DNA of 64,000 bases from Alphaproteobacteria bacterium (lineage in GTDB: Bacteria > Pseudomonadota > Alphaproteobacteria > Rickettsiales > SXRF01), in assembly GCA_020049775.1 (NCBI GenBank), contig JAGVLO010000010.1:5910-69909 (forward strand), written 5' to 3'. This document shows positions 27,962-37,728 of the stretch, piece by piece. The translations under genes were made by a program, and so were the position numbers. The notes below the pieces were generated by a model. That model saw only the letters and a list, made by a program, of their open reading frames with translations, searched no databases and was not told the origin of the DNA. Within the stretch, counting starts at the first letter, position 1. Every line of letters begins with the position of its first letter.

Positions 27962-28777
27962 TTAAAATCCAATTTTCTCTGATTTGTCACCACGTATCAC
28001 ACGCACGCTGGTGTTCTTTTCAAGCATTTTACTGATGTCCGTATCCCTTACCGCGCCCACGTCTTCCGGCTTCTTTCCGTTGGCTGCCACTTTGGGGTCA
28101 TTACCAAGGCTGTGCAGCACCAGTGAAATTTTCCCCATTTCGGCGGCTACTGAAATCATCTCTGCTTCTTTGGGTGTTACCTCAACCGTTACAGTCTTGG
28201 CAATCATGGCCTTGTTGTCGGGATTATCGAGCATCTGGTCAACCGCCACCACGCGGCGGTTATTGATAAACGTATCACTGATAACTGTTTCGATACCGGT
28301 GAGTTCACCACGCGGCAGGCGTGCGCGGTGCGTGACTACGAGATCAACACGATCACCCGGCGCAACAAAGCCTGCGTTGCCGGAAATCGCCGTCACAGCA
28401 ATGGATACCGCGCGCATGCCAGGCTCGAGTACAGCAGACAAAAATCCGCCTTCGCCTGTTTTAGTCAGCGCTGCCGCAGCAACGGGATCACCCTGCCTAA
28501 GCGAACGGCGGACAATCGCTCCACTGAAGCTATCAAGCGAAGCCGTATTTTCGTTGATGTAAGCTGTGTTCTTGGTAATTTCTTCCGGCATTTCTTTCCA
28601 CTCAAGGTCCATCGATTCGATAAAACTACCCTGTGAAATATCGCGCGTGGCCACCAATATTTTGGTCGCCTGCACTTGCTGCACTTCCGGTTGCTGGTTC
28701 ATGCGATTCCTTACGGCAATCACACCGAAACCAACGACAACGGCAAGAATCAAAAATAATATGGTACGTCCGGACAT
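27962..28777 (-). CDS. cpaB: Flp pilus assembly protein CpaB/RcpC
   Basis: N-terminal TM, SAF-like ILVATRDISQGSFI, and RcpC-type C-terminal domain. Confidence 0.88.
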   Translation of the reverse strand: MSGRTILFLILAVVVGFGVIAVRNRMNQQPEVQQVQATKILVATRDISQGSFIESMDLEWKEMPEEITKNTAYINENTASLDSFSGAIVRRSLRQGDPVAAAALTKTGEGGFLSAVLEPGMRAVSIAVTAISGNAGFVAPGDRVDLVVTHRARLPRGELTGIETVISDTFINNRRVVAVDQMLDNPDNKAMIAKTVTVEVTPKEAEMISVAAEMGKISLVLHSLGNDPKVAANGKKPEDVGAVRDTDISKMLEKNTSVRVIRGDKSEKIGF

Positions 28778-29046
28778 GTGTTTCTCTATGTTTTACTTGC
28801 TCATCTTATCCTTTGCTTACTTAAGAAAGTATTAAGTGAAAATGTTAAAAAAGCCTAAAAATCCGCACCTTGCAGGGCAGTTTATGAACAAAGCTTAACC
28901 TTGGTAAATGAATTGCTCGTGGCAAAATTAGCGCATGCAAGAACTGGATTTGCTGCGCTTGCGAATATGCTTCTCATGGCAGATACATTGGGTTACAATG
29001 AAATTATAGTTTGTTTAACCATTGAAATTATAGCAGAAATACCCTC

Positions 29047-31221
29047 ATGATCCGCCAGTACGAACTGGTTGAAAAAGTCAAATCCTACGACCCGGACGCC
29101 GACGAAGACCTGATAAACCGTGCTTATGTCTTTGCCATGAAAGCGCACGGGGCGCAGAAGCGTGCGTCGGGCGACCCCTATTTTTCTCATCCTGTTGAAG
29201 TTGCCTATAAACTCACGCAGTTCAAGCTGGACGCCGCTTCCATCGTCACGGCGCTGCTGCACGACACGGTGGAAGATACTGAAGTCACGCTTGAGGACAT
29301 TGAAAACAGTTTTGGTAAGGAAATACGTGGTCTCGTTGACGGTGTGACGAAATTGTCACGTCTGGAGGGAAAATCCGAAAACATGAATCAGGCGGAAAAC
29401 TTCCGCAAATTGCTGATTGCCATGTCGGAAGACCTGCGCGTGCTGTTGGTGAAGCTGGCCGACCGCCTGCACAACATGGAAACACTCAAACACATCAAGA
29501 AACCTGAAAAACGCCAGCGCATCGCACGCGAGACCGCAGAAATCTACGCACCGCTGGCCGAACGCATTGGCATGCGAAACCTCAAGGAATCACTGCAGGA
29601 CCTTGCCTTTGCCGAGTTATATCCGGAAGCGCGCGAATCCATCGTCACGCGCCTGAACTTCCTGCGCGAAGCAGGACAGGCAGAGCTGGAAAAAACGGTA
29701 AACATCATACGCAAGCGGCTGGAAGAAGCGGGCCTGAAGGATTTCACCATCCATGGCCGCGAAAAAACGCCCTTCTCCATCTGGAAAAAAATGGAAACCA
29801 AGAATGTCGAGTTTGAACAGCTTTCCGACATTATCGCTTTCCGCATCATCGTAGATGGCATACCCGAATGTTATCAGGCACTGGGCGCTATCCATGCCGA
29901 GTGGCACACCATTCCCGGCCGTTTCAAGGATTATATCTCCACGCCAAAATCCAACGGCTATCAATCCATCCATACCGCCATCCTGGGGCCCGGCCAGCAG
30001 CGCATCGAAATCCAGATTCGCTCCAAGGAAATGGAAGAAATTGCCGAATACGGCCTTGCCGCGCACTGGGCCTACAAGCAGTCCCGCGGCTCGTCCGATA
30101 ACGGCTCCACGCGCGATGGCAAGCAGTTCCGCTGGATACGCGAATTGCTGGAGATTCTGGAAAAGTCATCCAACCCTGAAGAGTTTTTGGAAAACACCAA
30201 GCTCGAAATGTATAACGATCAGGTGTTCTGTTTCACGCCCAAAGGCGACATCCTCGCCTTCCCGCGCGGGGCAACGCCTGTGGATTTTGCCTATGCCGTG
30301 CATTCCGGCGTGGGTGATAAATGCGTCGGCGCTAAAATCAATGGCCGCATCGTGCCGCTGCGCACGCGCCTGAAAAACGGCGACCAAGTAGAAATCATCA
30401 CCAGTAAAACACAAACGCCGTCGCCTAGTTGGGAGCGTTTCGTTGTCACCGGCAAGGCAAAAAGCGAAATCCGTAAATTCGTGCGCACACAGCAGCGCGC
30501 TGAATACATCAATCTGGGCCGCGCCGTTCTGGCTAAAACTTTCAAGCAGGAAGGCGAAGAATTCAATGAAAAGCTTATTGAGCCGCACCTGCCGCAATTC
30601 AACAAAAAATCGGTGGAAGATTTGCTGGCCGAAGTCGGCGAAGGCGTTTTAAGCCGCCAGCAGGTAGCTGAAATCGTCATTGGCCAGAAGAAAGATACTA
30701 GCGCCAATGCCGTCGGATCAATGCTTTCCAGCCTGTCTAGCCCCTTCCGCAAGAAAAAATCCGGCCACGGCACGCCCATGCCCATCAAGGGACTGATACC
30801 CGGTATGGCGATTCATTTTGCCGGCTGTTGCCACCCCATTCCCGGCGACCGCATTGTCGGCATTGTCACGACCGGTAAAGGCATCACCATCCACACCATG
30901 GAGTGTGAAACGCTGGAAAATTATTCCGACGCACCGGAGCGCTGGATTGACGTAGCGTGGGAACATGATCAGGCCGACGCCCGACATATTGGACGCCTGC
31001 GTGCGCAGGTCAGCCACGAACCGGCGGCACTGGCCACCGTGACTAATGTCATTGCCAAGGAAAATGGCAATATCAGCAATTTCAAGATTGTAAACCGTTC
31101 GACTGATTTCTTTGAAATCCTCATTGATATCGAGGTGCATGACCTGCGCCACCTCAACAACATCATCGCCAACCTGCGTTCAAAAGAAGTGGTGCAGAGC
31201 GTGGAGCGTTACCAGACTTAA
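29047..31221 (+). CDS. spoT: Bifunctional (p)ppGpp synthetase/hydrolase Rsh (RelA/SpoT homologue)
   Basis: MIRQYELVEKVKSYDPDADEDLINRAYVFAMKAHGAQKRASGDPYFSHPVEVA, HD motif HDTVEDT, synthetase, TGS and ACT regions. 724 aa. Confidence 0.95.
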   Translation: MIRQYELVEKVKSYDPDADEDLINRAYVFAMKAHGAQKRASGDPYFSHPVEVAYKLTQFKLDAASIVTALLHDTVEDTEVTLEDIENSFGKEIRGLVDGVTKLSRLEGKSENMNQAENFRKLLIAMSEDLRVLLVKLADRLHNMETLKHIKKPEKRQRIARETAEIYAPLAERIGMRNLKESLQDLAFAELYPEARESIVTRLNFLREAGQAELEKTVNIIRKRLEEAGLKDFTIHGREKTPFSIWKKMETKNVEFEQLSDIIAFRIIVDGIPECYQALGAIHAEWHTIPGRFKDYISTPKSNGYQSIHTAILGPGQQRIEIQIRSKEMEEIAEYGLAAHWAYKQSRGSSDNGSTRDGKQFRWIRELLEILEKSSNPEEFLENTKLEMYNDQVFCFTPKGDILAFPRGATPVDFAYAVHSGVGDKCVGAKINGRIVPLRTRLKNGDQVEIITSKTQTPSPSWERFVVTGKAKSEIRKFVRTQQRAEYINLGRAVLAKTFKQEGEEFNEKLIEPHLPQFNKKSVEDLLAEVGEGVLSRQQVAEIVIGQKKDTSANAVGSMLSSLSSPFRKKKSGHGTPMPIKGLIPGMAIHFAGCCHPIPGDRIVGIVTTGKGITIHTMECETLENYSDAPERWIDVAWEHDQADARHIGRLRAQVSHEPAALATVTNVIAKENGNISNFKIVNRSTDFFEILIDIEVHDLRHLNNIIANLRSKEVVQSVERYQT

Positions 31222-32309
31222 GCACGCCCCACATTATTACTGCGGTCAGTTTGCTGCACCTGTGCGCGGTAGCCGCTGCCCATGTCAAATCCTTCGTCTT
31301 TAAGCGCGCCCTGACTGTCCCGCATGCGCTTGATTTCCGAGCGCACGCCCTCGTGCAAATCATCGCACGCCTCAGCCATGGTCGGAGCTATCTTGGCAAG
31401 CAGTGCCAGAGTTTGTTTCATGTCTTTTTCATCCGTCATGGCAATCTGCATGTACACATGTGCTAACTGTTCAGCACGCTGGTTTTTCTCCGGCAGCTGT
31501 TCGATAGGAAAGCTGTAGCCCTCCAGATTATACCCCCGCTTAATGCCTGCAACGAGGCCGCGTATATTTCTTTGCGTTCTTTGCGGATCACTGCTGATAA
31601 GACTGCCATCTTGCGGAATACCGCGCACAAGGTCTTCTACCATGGCGGGTACCTGCTCGGGGTCTCTGAGTATATCACTGATGCGCCTGACCGCCTCGCG
31701 CTCACGCTTCAGTGCCTGTAAATCAAATTTTGCGGAAATGCCCATTTTACTGTCGGCATAATGCACCAGTTCTTCCTGCATCAGCGAAGCACCTTCCCTT
31801 GAAAATGCGATATCATGTGTTCCCGAATCGTAAGCCGCCTTCCCGCGCGGGTCGGTCAGGGTACTTACATCGCTTATGTCGCGGCGTGACGTCAGCAACA
31901 TATCGCCACCTACACCTGCTTTTTTCGATTCGCGTAGAAAATATTCAAGCAGTTCGGGTTCTTGCAGCGCTTCGCGTTTGATATTGCGGATGGCAACAAT
32001 CTGGTCTTCAGTGTAGTCAAAAGGAGATTCACGGTTTTGTGAGTTAGATTGGGCATAGTCGCGCATTTCCTGAATGGTTTCTCGCGCCGCCTGCACATCA
32101 TATTCCGGAAACGCCTGCATCAGCCTTTTGACCAGCGCCTCCTCGTTTTCCGGCTTAAGCATCGGAAAAGCCACCCGTACTTCATCTTTTTTCCCGCTTA
32201 GGCCTTCCAGCTCGCCATCCGACTTGATAACGACCGTGGCATTTTTATGGAAAATCCTATTTTCCAATGCCTTATTCAGGGATTCATATAAATCGACAGA
32301 TTCATTCAT
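31218..32309 (-). CDS. Hypothetical protein (363 aa), no family recognised
   Basis: Long uninterrupted ORF with ordinary composition and no signal peptide or TM segment. Its 3' end overlaps the spoT 3' end by 4 nt (convergent). Confidence 0.6.
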   Translation of the reverse strand: MNESVDLYESLNKALENRIFHKNATVVIKSDGELEGLSGKKDEVRVAFPMLKPENEEALVKRLMQAFPEYDVQAARETIQEMRDYAQSNSQNRESPFDYTEDQIVAIRNIKREALQEPELLEYFLRESKKAGVGGDMLLTSRRDISDVSTLTDPRGKAAYDSGTHDIAFSREGASLMQEELVHYADSKMGISAKFDLQALKREREAVRRISDILRDPEQVPAMVEDLVRGIPQDGSLISSDPQRTQRNIRGLVAGIKRGYNLEGYSFPIEQLPEKNQRAEQLAHVYMQIAMTDEKDMKQTLALLAKIAPTMAEACDDLHEGVRSEIKRMRDSQGALKDEGFDMGSGYRAQVQQTDRSNNVGRA

Positions 32310-32356
32310 ATGCGTTATTTTATGGCATCTTAAAGCTTAAAAACAGTTAAAACTTC

Positions 32357-33106
32357 ATGACAATTCGCCTAGGAATAAACATCGATCATGTGGCCACGCT
32401 GCGCAATGCCCGTGGTGGCGAGCATCCCTGCCCCGTACGTGCCGCCATGATAGCCCAAAGCGCCGGTGCGGACAGCATCACCGCCCACCTGCGCGAAGAC
32501 CGCCGCCATATCCGCGACCACGACATCGATCGCCTGCGCGCGGAAGTGCCGCTGCCGCTGAACCTGGAAATGGCTATGACCGGCGAGATGATGGACATTG
32601 CACTGCGTGTGAAACCGCACGCCGTGTGCATCGTTCCCGAACGCCGCGAGGAACTGACCACCGAAGGCGGGCTGGATGCCGTGAAATACCAGAAACAGCT
32701 GCGTCCTTTCGTGCATAAATTGCAAGAATCGGGCATACGCGTATCACTGTTTATTGAACCGATGCACGAGCAACTCCACGCCGCAAAACATATTGGCGCA
32801 CGCGCTGTCGAGCTACATACCGGCCGTTATTGCCACCTGCTGGGCAAAGCCCGCGCCGATGAATTTGCAAAAATTTCGGAAGCCGCCATCCTTGGCCATG
32901 CGCTAGGGCTGGAAGTGCATGCCGGACATGGCCTGAACTACGAGAATGTCGGAGCCATAGCCGCCATACCGGAAATCATTGAACTTAATATCGGCCATTT
33001 CCTGATGGGTGAATCCCTTTTCACCGGATTGGCAGACGCCATCCACCAAATGCGCAAAAAAATGGACGATGCTCGCAAAAAGCCCGGGTCAGCGAGGCAG
33101 GCGTGA
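32357..33106 (+). CDS. pdxJ: Pyridoxine 5'-phosphate synthase
   Basis: [17 protein letters not shown]...[20 protein letters not shown]. Confidence 0.94.
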   Translation: MTIRLGINIDHVATLRNARGGEHPCPVRAAMIAQSAGADSITAHLREDRRHIRDHDIDRLRAEVPLPLNLEMAMTGEMMDIALRVKPHAVCIVPERREELTTEGGLDAVKYQKQLRPFVHKLQESGIRVSLFIEPMHEQLHAAKHIGARAVELHTGRYCHLLGKARADEFAKISEAAILGHALGLEVHAGHGLNYENVGAIAAIPEIIELNIGHFLMGESLFTGLADAIHQMRKKMDDARKKPGSARQA

Positions 33107-33522
33107 TTATCGGCCTCGGCAGCGACATGACAGACATACGCCGCATTGAAAAATCGCTGGAGCGGTTCGGTGCGCGCTTTGAAAATCGTTTGTTTACGCC
33201 GGTTGAACAGAAAAAAGCCAGAAGCCGCGAAAAGGCAGGCGCACAAACCGTTGCCGCCACCTATGCCAAGCGTTTTGCCGCCAAGGAAGCCTGCTCAAAG
33301 GCACTCGGCACCGGCCTGCGCATGGGTGTGCGCTGGCGCGAGATGGAAGTGGTTAACCAGCCCTCGGGCGCACCCGGCCTGAAACTGTCCGGCACTGCGC
33401 TGGCACGGTTGCAATCCATTACCCCCAAAGGTATGGCAGCGCATATACATCTCACACTGACCGATGAATACCCATACGCTCAGGCGCAGGTAATCATAGA
33501 GGCGCTTGCGGCAGGTTCGTGA
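33103..33522 (+). CDS. acpS: Holo-[acyl-carrier-protein] synthase
   Basis: [16 protein letters not shown]...[14 protein letters not shown]. 4-nt overlap with pdxJ. Confidence 0.92.
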   Translation: MIIGLGSDMTDIRRIEKSLERFGARFENRLFTPVEQKKARSREKAGAQTVAATYAKRFAAKEACSKALGTGLRMGVRWREMEVVNQPSGAPGLKLSGTALARLQSITPKGMAAHIHLTLTDEYPYAQAQVIIEALAAGS

Positions 33523-33523
33523 T

Positions 33524-34264
33524 ATGGATAAAACCATCCTAATTACACGCCCGAAAGGCGATGAATACGGCTTTGCAGAGATGTTGCAGGTGCGCAATTA
33601 CCGCGCCATACATGAACCGTTAATGGATATAATGCTGCGCCACAACGAGCGCTATGCCATACACCACGCTATAATGGATGATCCTGATGCCATCCTTGTC
33701 ACCAGTCGCCACGCCGTACAGGCCTTGTCTATCCTGACGGAGATACGCGACCTATTTCTTATCTGCGTCGGCGAGGCCACCGCACGGGCCGCTCTTTCCG
33801 CAGGGTTTACGCGCGTAAGCGCGGCAGGCGGTAACGCCAAGCTGATGGTAGAACAGGTGCTGGAAAGTTATGACGAAGGTTCGCGCTTCATTTACGCTTC
33901 CGGTGAAGATGTGCGCACCGACCTCGCCGCCGAGTTGGGTGAAGAAGGCATGAAGGTTGAGCGCATCGTGGTGTATGAAACCGTGGCAGCCCAGCGGCTT
34001 TCCGACACACTGGTGGAACAGCTCAGGCGCAGGCAGGTGGATGCTGTCACCTTCCTGTCACAGCGTACCGCTGAAATATTCATGACGCTTGTCGACAGGC
34101 ATGGCATCAGCAACTGCATTGAGGGCCTTCGCGCATTCTGCATGAGCGAAACCGTTGCCGACAGCCTTACGCTTCGTCCGTGGCTGGCCATACATGTTGC
34201 CCATGAACCAACGCTTGCATCTCTGGCCAACTCTATAGATAATGTGTTCCTCGCCAATGGGTAA
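33524..34264 (+). CDS. hemD: Uroporphyrinogen-III synthase
   Basis: HEM4-like two-lobe pattern (ILITRP...; ILVTSRHAV; DAVTFLSQRTAE). ATG at 33524 lies directly after the acpS stop. The context, followed by Mic60-like and HemY-like genes, is typical. Confidence 0.75.
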   Translation: MDKTILITRPKGDEYGFAEMLQVRNYRAIHEPLMDIMLRHNERYAIHHAIMDDPDAILVTSRHAVQALSILTEIRDLFLICVGEATARAALSAGFTRVSAAGGNAKLMVEQVLESYDEGSRFIYASGEDVRTDLAAELGEEGMKVERIVVYETVAAQRLSDTLVEQLRRRQVDAVTFLSQRTAEIFMTLVDRHGISNCIEGLRAFCMSETVADSLTLRPWLAIHVAHEPTLASLANSIDNVFLANG

Positions 34265-34266
34265 TT

Positions 34267-35766
34267 ATGTCTGAAACAGCAGAAACACAAAATACTAAAG
34301 TTCATGAGAGGAGCGCATCGGCGGGCTTCCGTAAACTTATATTTGTGCTGAGTCTTTTCTTTGCTTTTTGGCTAGTGTTTGGTGCGATTATACCTCGCTT
34401 TTATATCTTTAATAACTCTACTCCGCTTTCCACAGGTGATAGCGCTACCAAAACCGGCTCTACCATAATTACTTCATCTGAGAACCAGCCGCTAAAGCGC
34501 CAGAGCTTTCAGGAAATGCTGGATGAAAAAGGCCTGCAGCTTAATGAACTGCGCAACCGCGTCACCCAACTGGAAACCCAGATGAAAATGCTCGAAGCGG
34601 GCGGCATACCGCAAGCGGACATAAGCAATTCAGAAAAATCAAAAAACAATGTGATTCAGGCAGAATCGCTGACACGACTTCAAGGTGAACTCAAAAGCTT
34701 ACAGGAAAAGTTAAATGAAACCGCTGCCGACCGTGAACGTATCACGCAGGTTGAGGCAGAAACCAAGAAACAGCAGGAAACACTCAAGCAGCAGCTAGAC
34801 ATGTTCAAGCAACAGCAGGAATCTTTCCAGCAGCAAAACGCGGCCTTCAAGCAACAGCAGGATGCGTTCAAACAGCAGCAAGATGCTGTAAAGCACCAGC
34901 AGGACACCATCAAAACCATACGCACGGAAATCGCCCACAACCAGATAAAGGCGGCACATCACTTGTCCGCATTCTCCTCGTTCATTCCCCTGAAAAAAGC
35001 CGTCGATCAGGGCCAGCCGTTTGACATGCAACTCACGCAGCTGCTGCAGTTCAGCGAAGGCAACCGCACCATCGAGGAGTTGGCCGGAAAACTGAAACCC
35101 ATCGCCAAGGAAGGCACACCAAGCTTTTCGGCTTTGCAGGGTGAATTTGGAAAGCTGTTGCCGGAAGCGCTCAAGGCCACCGACCCTTCCGGCAGCTTTA
35201 CCCGCAACATAAAATCGCTGATCATGATCCGCAAAACAGGCGAGCAAACGGGCGTCAATGATGAAGCAATCATGGCGCGAGCTGAAAACAGGCTGAAGCA
35301 AAACGACATCAGCACCTGCCTGAAAGAACTCGAGCAGCTTTCCGCTCCGGCAAAAAACACCATGGCACCATGGCTGGAAAAAGCGAAGCGCCACCTGCAC
35401 ATTCACGATGTAATGGACGCTCTGCAAGTAGCGCTCACACAAAATATTCCTGCCGTGCAGCCGCCTGAGCCGCTGCCGGAAGCACCAGCCAAAGTCATCA
35501 AGGCAGAACCGGCAACCGCGGAAGTAACGCCTGCCAACGTCACCACACCACCCGCACCGGCAGCAGAAAAGCCAAAAGCAGAGCCAACTGTACCCGCGCC
35601 AGCGCCGGCCGCCAAGCCTGCGGCAGAAGCTGCGGCCACGCCTAAAGAATCTGCAACGACAAAGCCCGTAGTCATCTCGAAACCTGCGGCAAAGCCGACA
35701 CCCAAGAAGAAACCTGAAGCAGAAGAAACCGAAGAAGAACCCGAAGCCGATAGCGACAGCGAATGA
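34267..35766 (+). CDS. Alphaproteobacterial Mic60/mitofilin-family membrane protein
   Basis: N-terminal TM (LIFVLSLFFAFWLVFGAII), Gln-rich coiled coil, and C-terminal mitofilin-like block IMARAENRLKQNDISTCLKELEQLSAPAKNTMAPWLEKAKRHL. It sits in the conserved position between hemD and the hemY-like gene. Extra Pro/Ala/Lys tail ending in an acidic run. Confidence 0.75.
   Translation: MSETAETQNTKVHERSASAGFRKLIFVLSLFFAFWLVFGAIIPRFYIFNNSTPLSTGDSATKTGSTIITSSENQPLKRQSFQEMLDEKGLQLNELRNRVTQLETQMKMLEAGGIPQADISNSEKSKNNVIQAESLTRLQGELKSLQEKLNETAADRERITQVEAETKKQQETLKQQLDMFKQQQESFQQQNAAFKQQQDAFKQQQDAVKHQQDTIKTIRTEIAHNQIKAAHHLSAFSSFIPLKKAVDQGQPFDMQLTQLLQFSEGNRTIEELAGKLKPIAKEGTPSFSALQGEFGKLLPEALKATDPSGSFTRNIKSLIMIRKTGEQTGVNDEAIMARAENRLKQNDISTCLKELEQLSAPAKNTMAPWLEKAKRHLHIHDVMDALQVALTQNIPAVQPPEPLPEAPAKVIKAEPATAEVTPANVTTPPAPAAEKPKAEPTVPAPAPAAKPAAEAAATPKESATTKPVVISKPAAKPTPKKKPEAEETEEEPEADSDSE
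34804..34908 (+). repeat. 5 x 21-nt in-frame tandem repeat (heptads FKQQQES/FQQQNAA/FKQQQDA/FKQQQDA/VKHQQDT)
   Basis: Units start at 34804, 34825, 34846, 34867 and 34888 (ttcaagcaacagcag...). Confidence 0.85.
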
Positions 35767-37058
35767 TAAACCTGCTCCTGTTAGTTTTATTCCTTGCCTG
35801 CCTTGGCATCACGGCCGCGTGGATAGCAGAAAATCCAGGCAATGTTACCATTTACTGGTTTGACTACCGTGCCGACACCAGTTTTGCTTTCCTGCTGCTG
35901 CTGGGTATTGCGGCGGCATTTGTGCTTTCTTACGGCTATATTTTTGTACGCCGCGTGGTGCTTTCGCCGGGCGATTTCTTAGAGCGCCGCAACATGAAGC
36001 ATTACCGCAAAGGGCTGACCGAGCTTACCTTCAGTGTGGCTGCGCTTGCAGCGGCAGACGTAAAAAAAGCAGAAACCCACACACGCAAGGCCGAGGCCCT
36101 ACTGGGCCGTACGCCGATGACGTTGCTGCTTTCGGCGCAGATTGCGCGCAGTCAGGGCGACGACGCGCGCACACGCATCCTGCTCGATCAAATGCTCGAT
36201 TACAAGGAAACGGAATATATCGCCGCACGCTCGCTCAGCGACGCCGCCAAAAAACAGCAAATATTCCCCGAAGCGCTGCACATGGCCGAACGCGCCCACG
36301 CCATCAACCCCAAGGAAATCAAATCGCTGCTCAGCCTGCATGTGCGTATGGGCCACTGGCAGGAAGCGCAAGCCTCTGTGCAGAAATCGTTGAAGCGCCG
36401 CTCGCTTACCCGCGCCGAAGCAAAACATTTCCGCGGTATTCTGTACCTGATGCAGGGCATGCAGTTGCTGGCCACCGAACAGCATGAAGGCGCGCTGAGA
36501 GCCGCCAGCCTCTGTCTTGGCGAAATTCCGGATTTCATACCCGCCATATTATTTGCTGCCAAGGCCTATCATGCCAACAATCAGGAACAGAAAGCGCTCT
36601 CGCTGATTCGCCGTACATGGGCGCGCGCACCGCACGCACAGCTGGGAGCGCTCTATCTCTCCATCATTTCCAGCCAGCCAAAAGACGCGCAGATGAAGCT
36701 GGTCAACAAGCTGACCGGTATGAGTCCTGACTCCATCGAAAGTGAATTGCTGGAAACACAGGCCGCCATCAACAACCGCCAGTGGGATGTTGCTTATAAA
36801 ACACTGAATAAAATCATGGTGCGCGAAGAAAGTGTACGCGCCTGCCGAATGATGGCCGCCGTTGAGCAAGGCCTTTCCTCTGACCCCAACGCAGGCGGCA
36901 AATGGTTCACCCGCAGCCAAGCCGCACAGCCAGATCCGGAATGGACATGCATGGCTTGCGGCCATTCCACCGAAGCATGGGATATACATTGCCCCGCTTG
37001 CGGCAGCTTTGATACGCAGGAATGGAAAAAGCGGCAGATTAAATTCGCCGCTGCTTAA
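35763..37058 (+). CDS. HemY-N-domain/TPR membrane protein with C-terminal zinc ribbon (HemY-like)
   Basis: Two N-terminal TM helices, a TPR-like body, and C-terminal WTCMACGHSTEAWDIHCPACGSFD. ATGA overlap with the upstream gene. Confidence 0.8.
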   Translation: MINLLLLVLFLACLGITAAWIAENPGNVTIYWFDYRADTSFAFLLLLGIAAAFVLSYGYIFVRRVVLSPGDFLERRNMKHYRKGLTELTFSVAALAAADVKKAETHTRKAEALLGRTPMTLLLSAQIARSQGDDARTRILLDQMLDYKETEYIAARSLSDAAKKQQIFPEALHMAERAHAINPKEIKSLLSLHVRMGHWQEAQASVQKSLKRRSLTRAEAKHFRGILYLMQGMQLLATEQHEGALRAASLCLGEIPDFIPAILFAAKAYHANNQEQKALSLIRRTWARAPHAQLGALYLSIISSQPKDAQMKLVNKLTGMSPDSIESELLETQAAINNRQWDVAYKTLNKIMVREESVRACRMMAAVEQGLSSDPNAGGKWFTRSQAAQPDPEWTCMACGHSTEAWDIHCPACGSFDTQEWKKRQIKFAAA

Positions 37059-37070
37059 AGCAGGAATACT

Positions 37071-37649
37071 TTAAAGTTGAGGGACGAGTGCGGGGTTGGG
37101 CAACTGCTCCGGCACTTTTTCCAGCGGCGTGTCGATAGGAATATCGAGGGAAGGTTTTTCATCCTTCACTTCCGGCGCAGCACCGATAAATACAGGCCGC
37201 GCATTGGCCACACGGGATTCCGGCAACTGGCTGGAATCGAATTCATGTGTTGGTAAAAGCTGCGTAATCACAGGTGGTGGCGGTTCAGCACTGGTACCCT
37301 GATAGGCCACAAGACGTGATTCCGCCCCTGCAATCGGCGCGCGGTAGCACAGCACATCCTGCATCGAGCGGTAGCAATAGGACTGCGCAACCGCGTTTGG
37401 CACAGGCGGCGCTGCTGGCGGCGTGGCCGCCCATTTCTGAACCTGATACGACGTTTTGTAGGCGTTTTCCTTCAAATCACCTGCCAGTTTATTTGCCACT
37501 CCCGATACGTTTTCGGCTGCAACTTTTGCATGTTGCTTGGCCGCCTCATAATTGGCATTGGCCGCTTCCTTGCCCTCCGGCGAACAGGCCGACAGGATAA
37601 GCAGAGCAGCTGCTGGTATTGTATAACGATAGCTATTCATTGGTGACAT
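37071..37649 (-). CDS. Hypothetical lipoprotein (192 aa), Pro-rich
   Basis: Lipobox LILSAC. The central CYRSMQDVLCYRAP motif may form a disulfide. Co-directional with gatB. Confidence 0.6.
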   Translation of the reverse strand: MSPMNSYRYTIPAAALLILSACSPEGKEAANANYEAAKQHAKVAAENVSGVANKLAGDLKENAYKTSYQVQKWAATPPAAPPVPNAVAQSYCYRSMQDVLCYRAPIAGAESRLVAYQGTSAEPPPPVITQLLPTHEFDSSQLPESRVANARPVFIGAAPEVKDEKPSLDIPIDTPLEKVPEQLPNPALVPQL

Positions 37650-37728
37650 GCACTAACACTCCACGGACTTACTATAAGCAAGGCCCATGCCATGTTAACC
37701 TCTACCCGACTTCAGTGTAACACTATGT

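Noticed and set aside
27984-28562. 192-aa plus-strand ORF antisense to cpaB. Similar cases lie antisense to cpaF (22982-23437, 23495-23908), cpaC and the 921-aa ORF (54282-54824).
   Set aside because: All are embedded antisense in well-supported genes, have low-complexity Ser/Arg/Pro composition, and lack start-site support.
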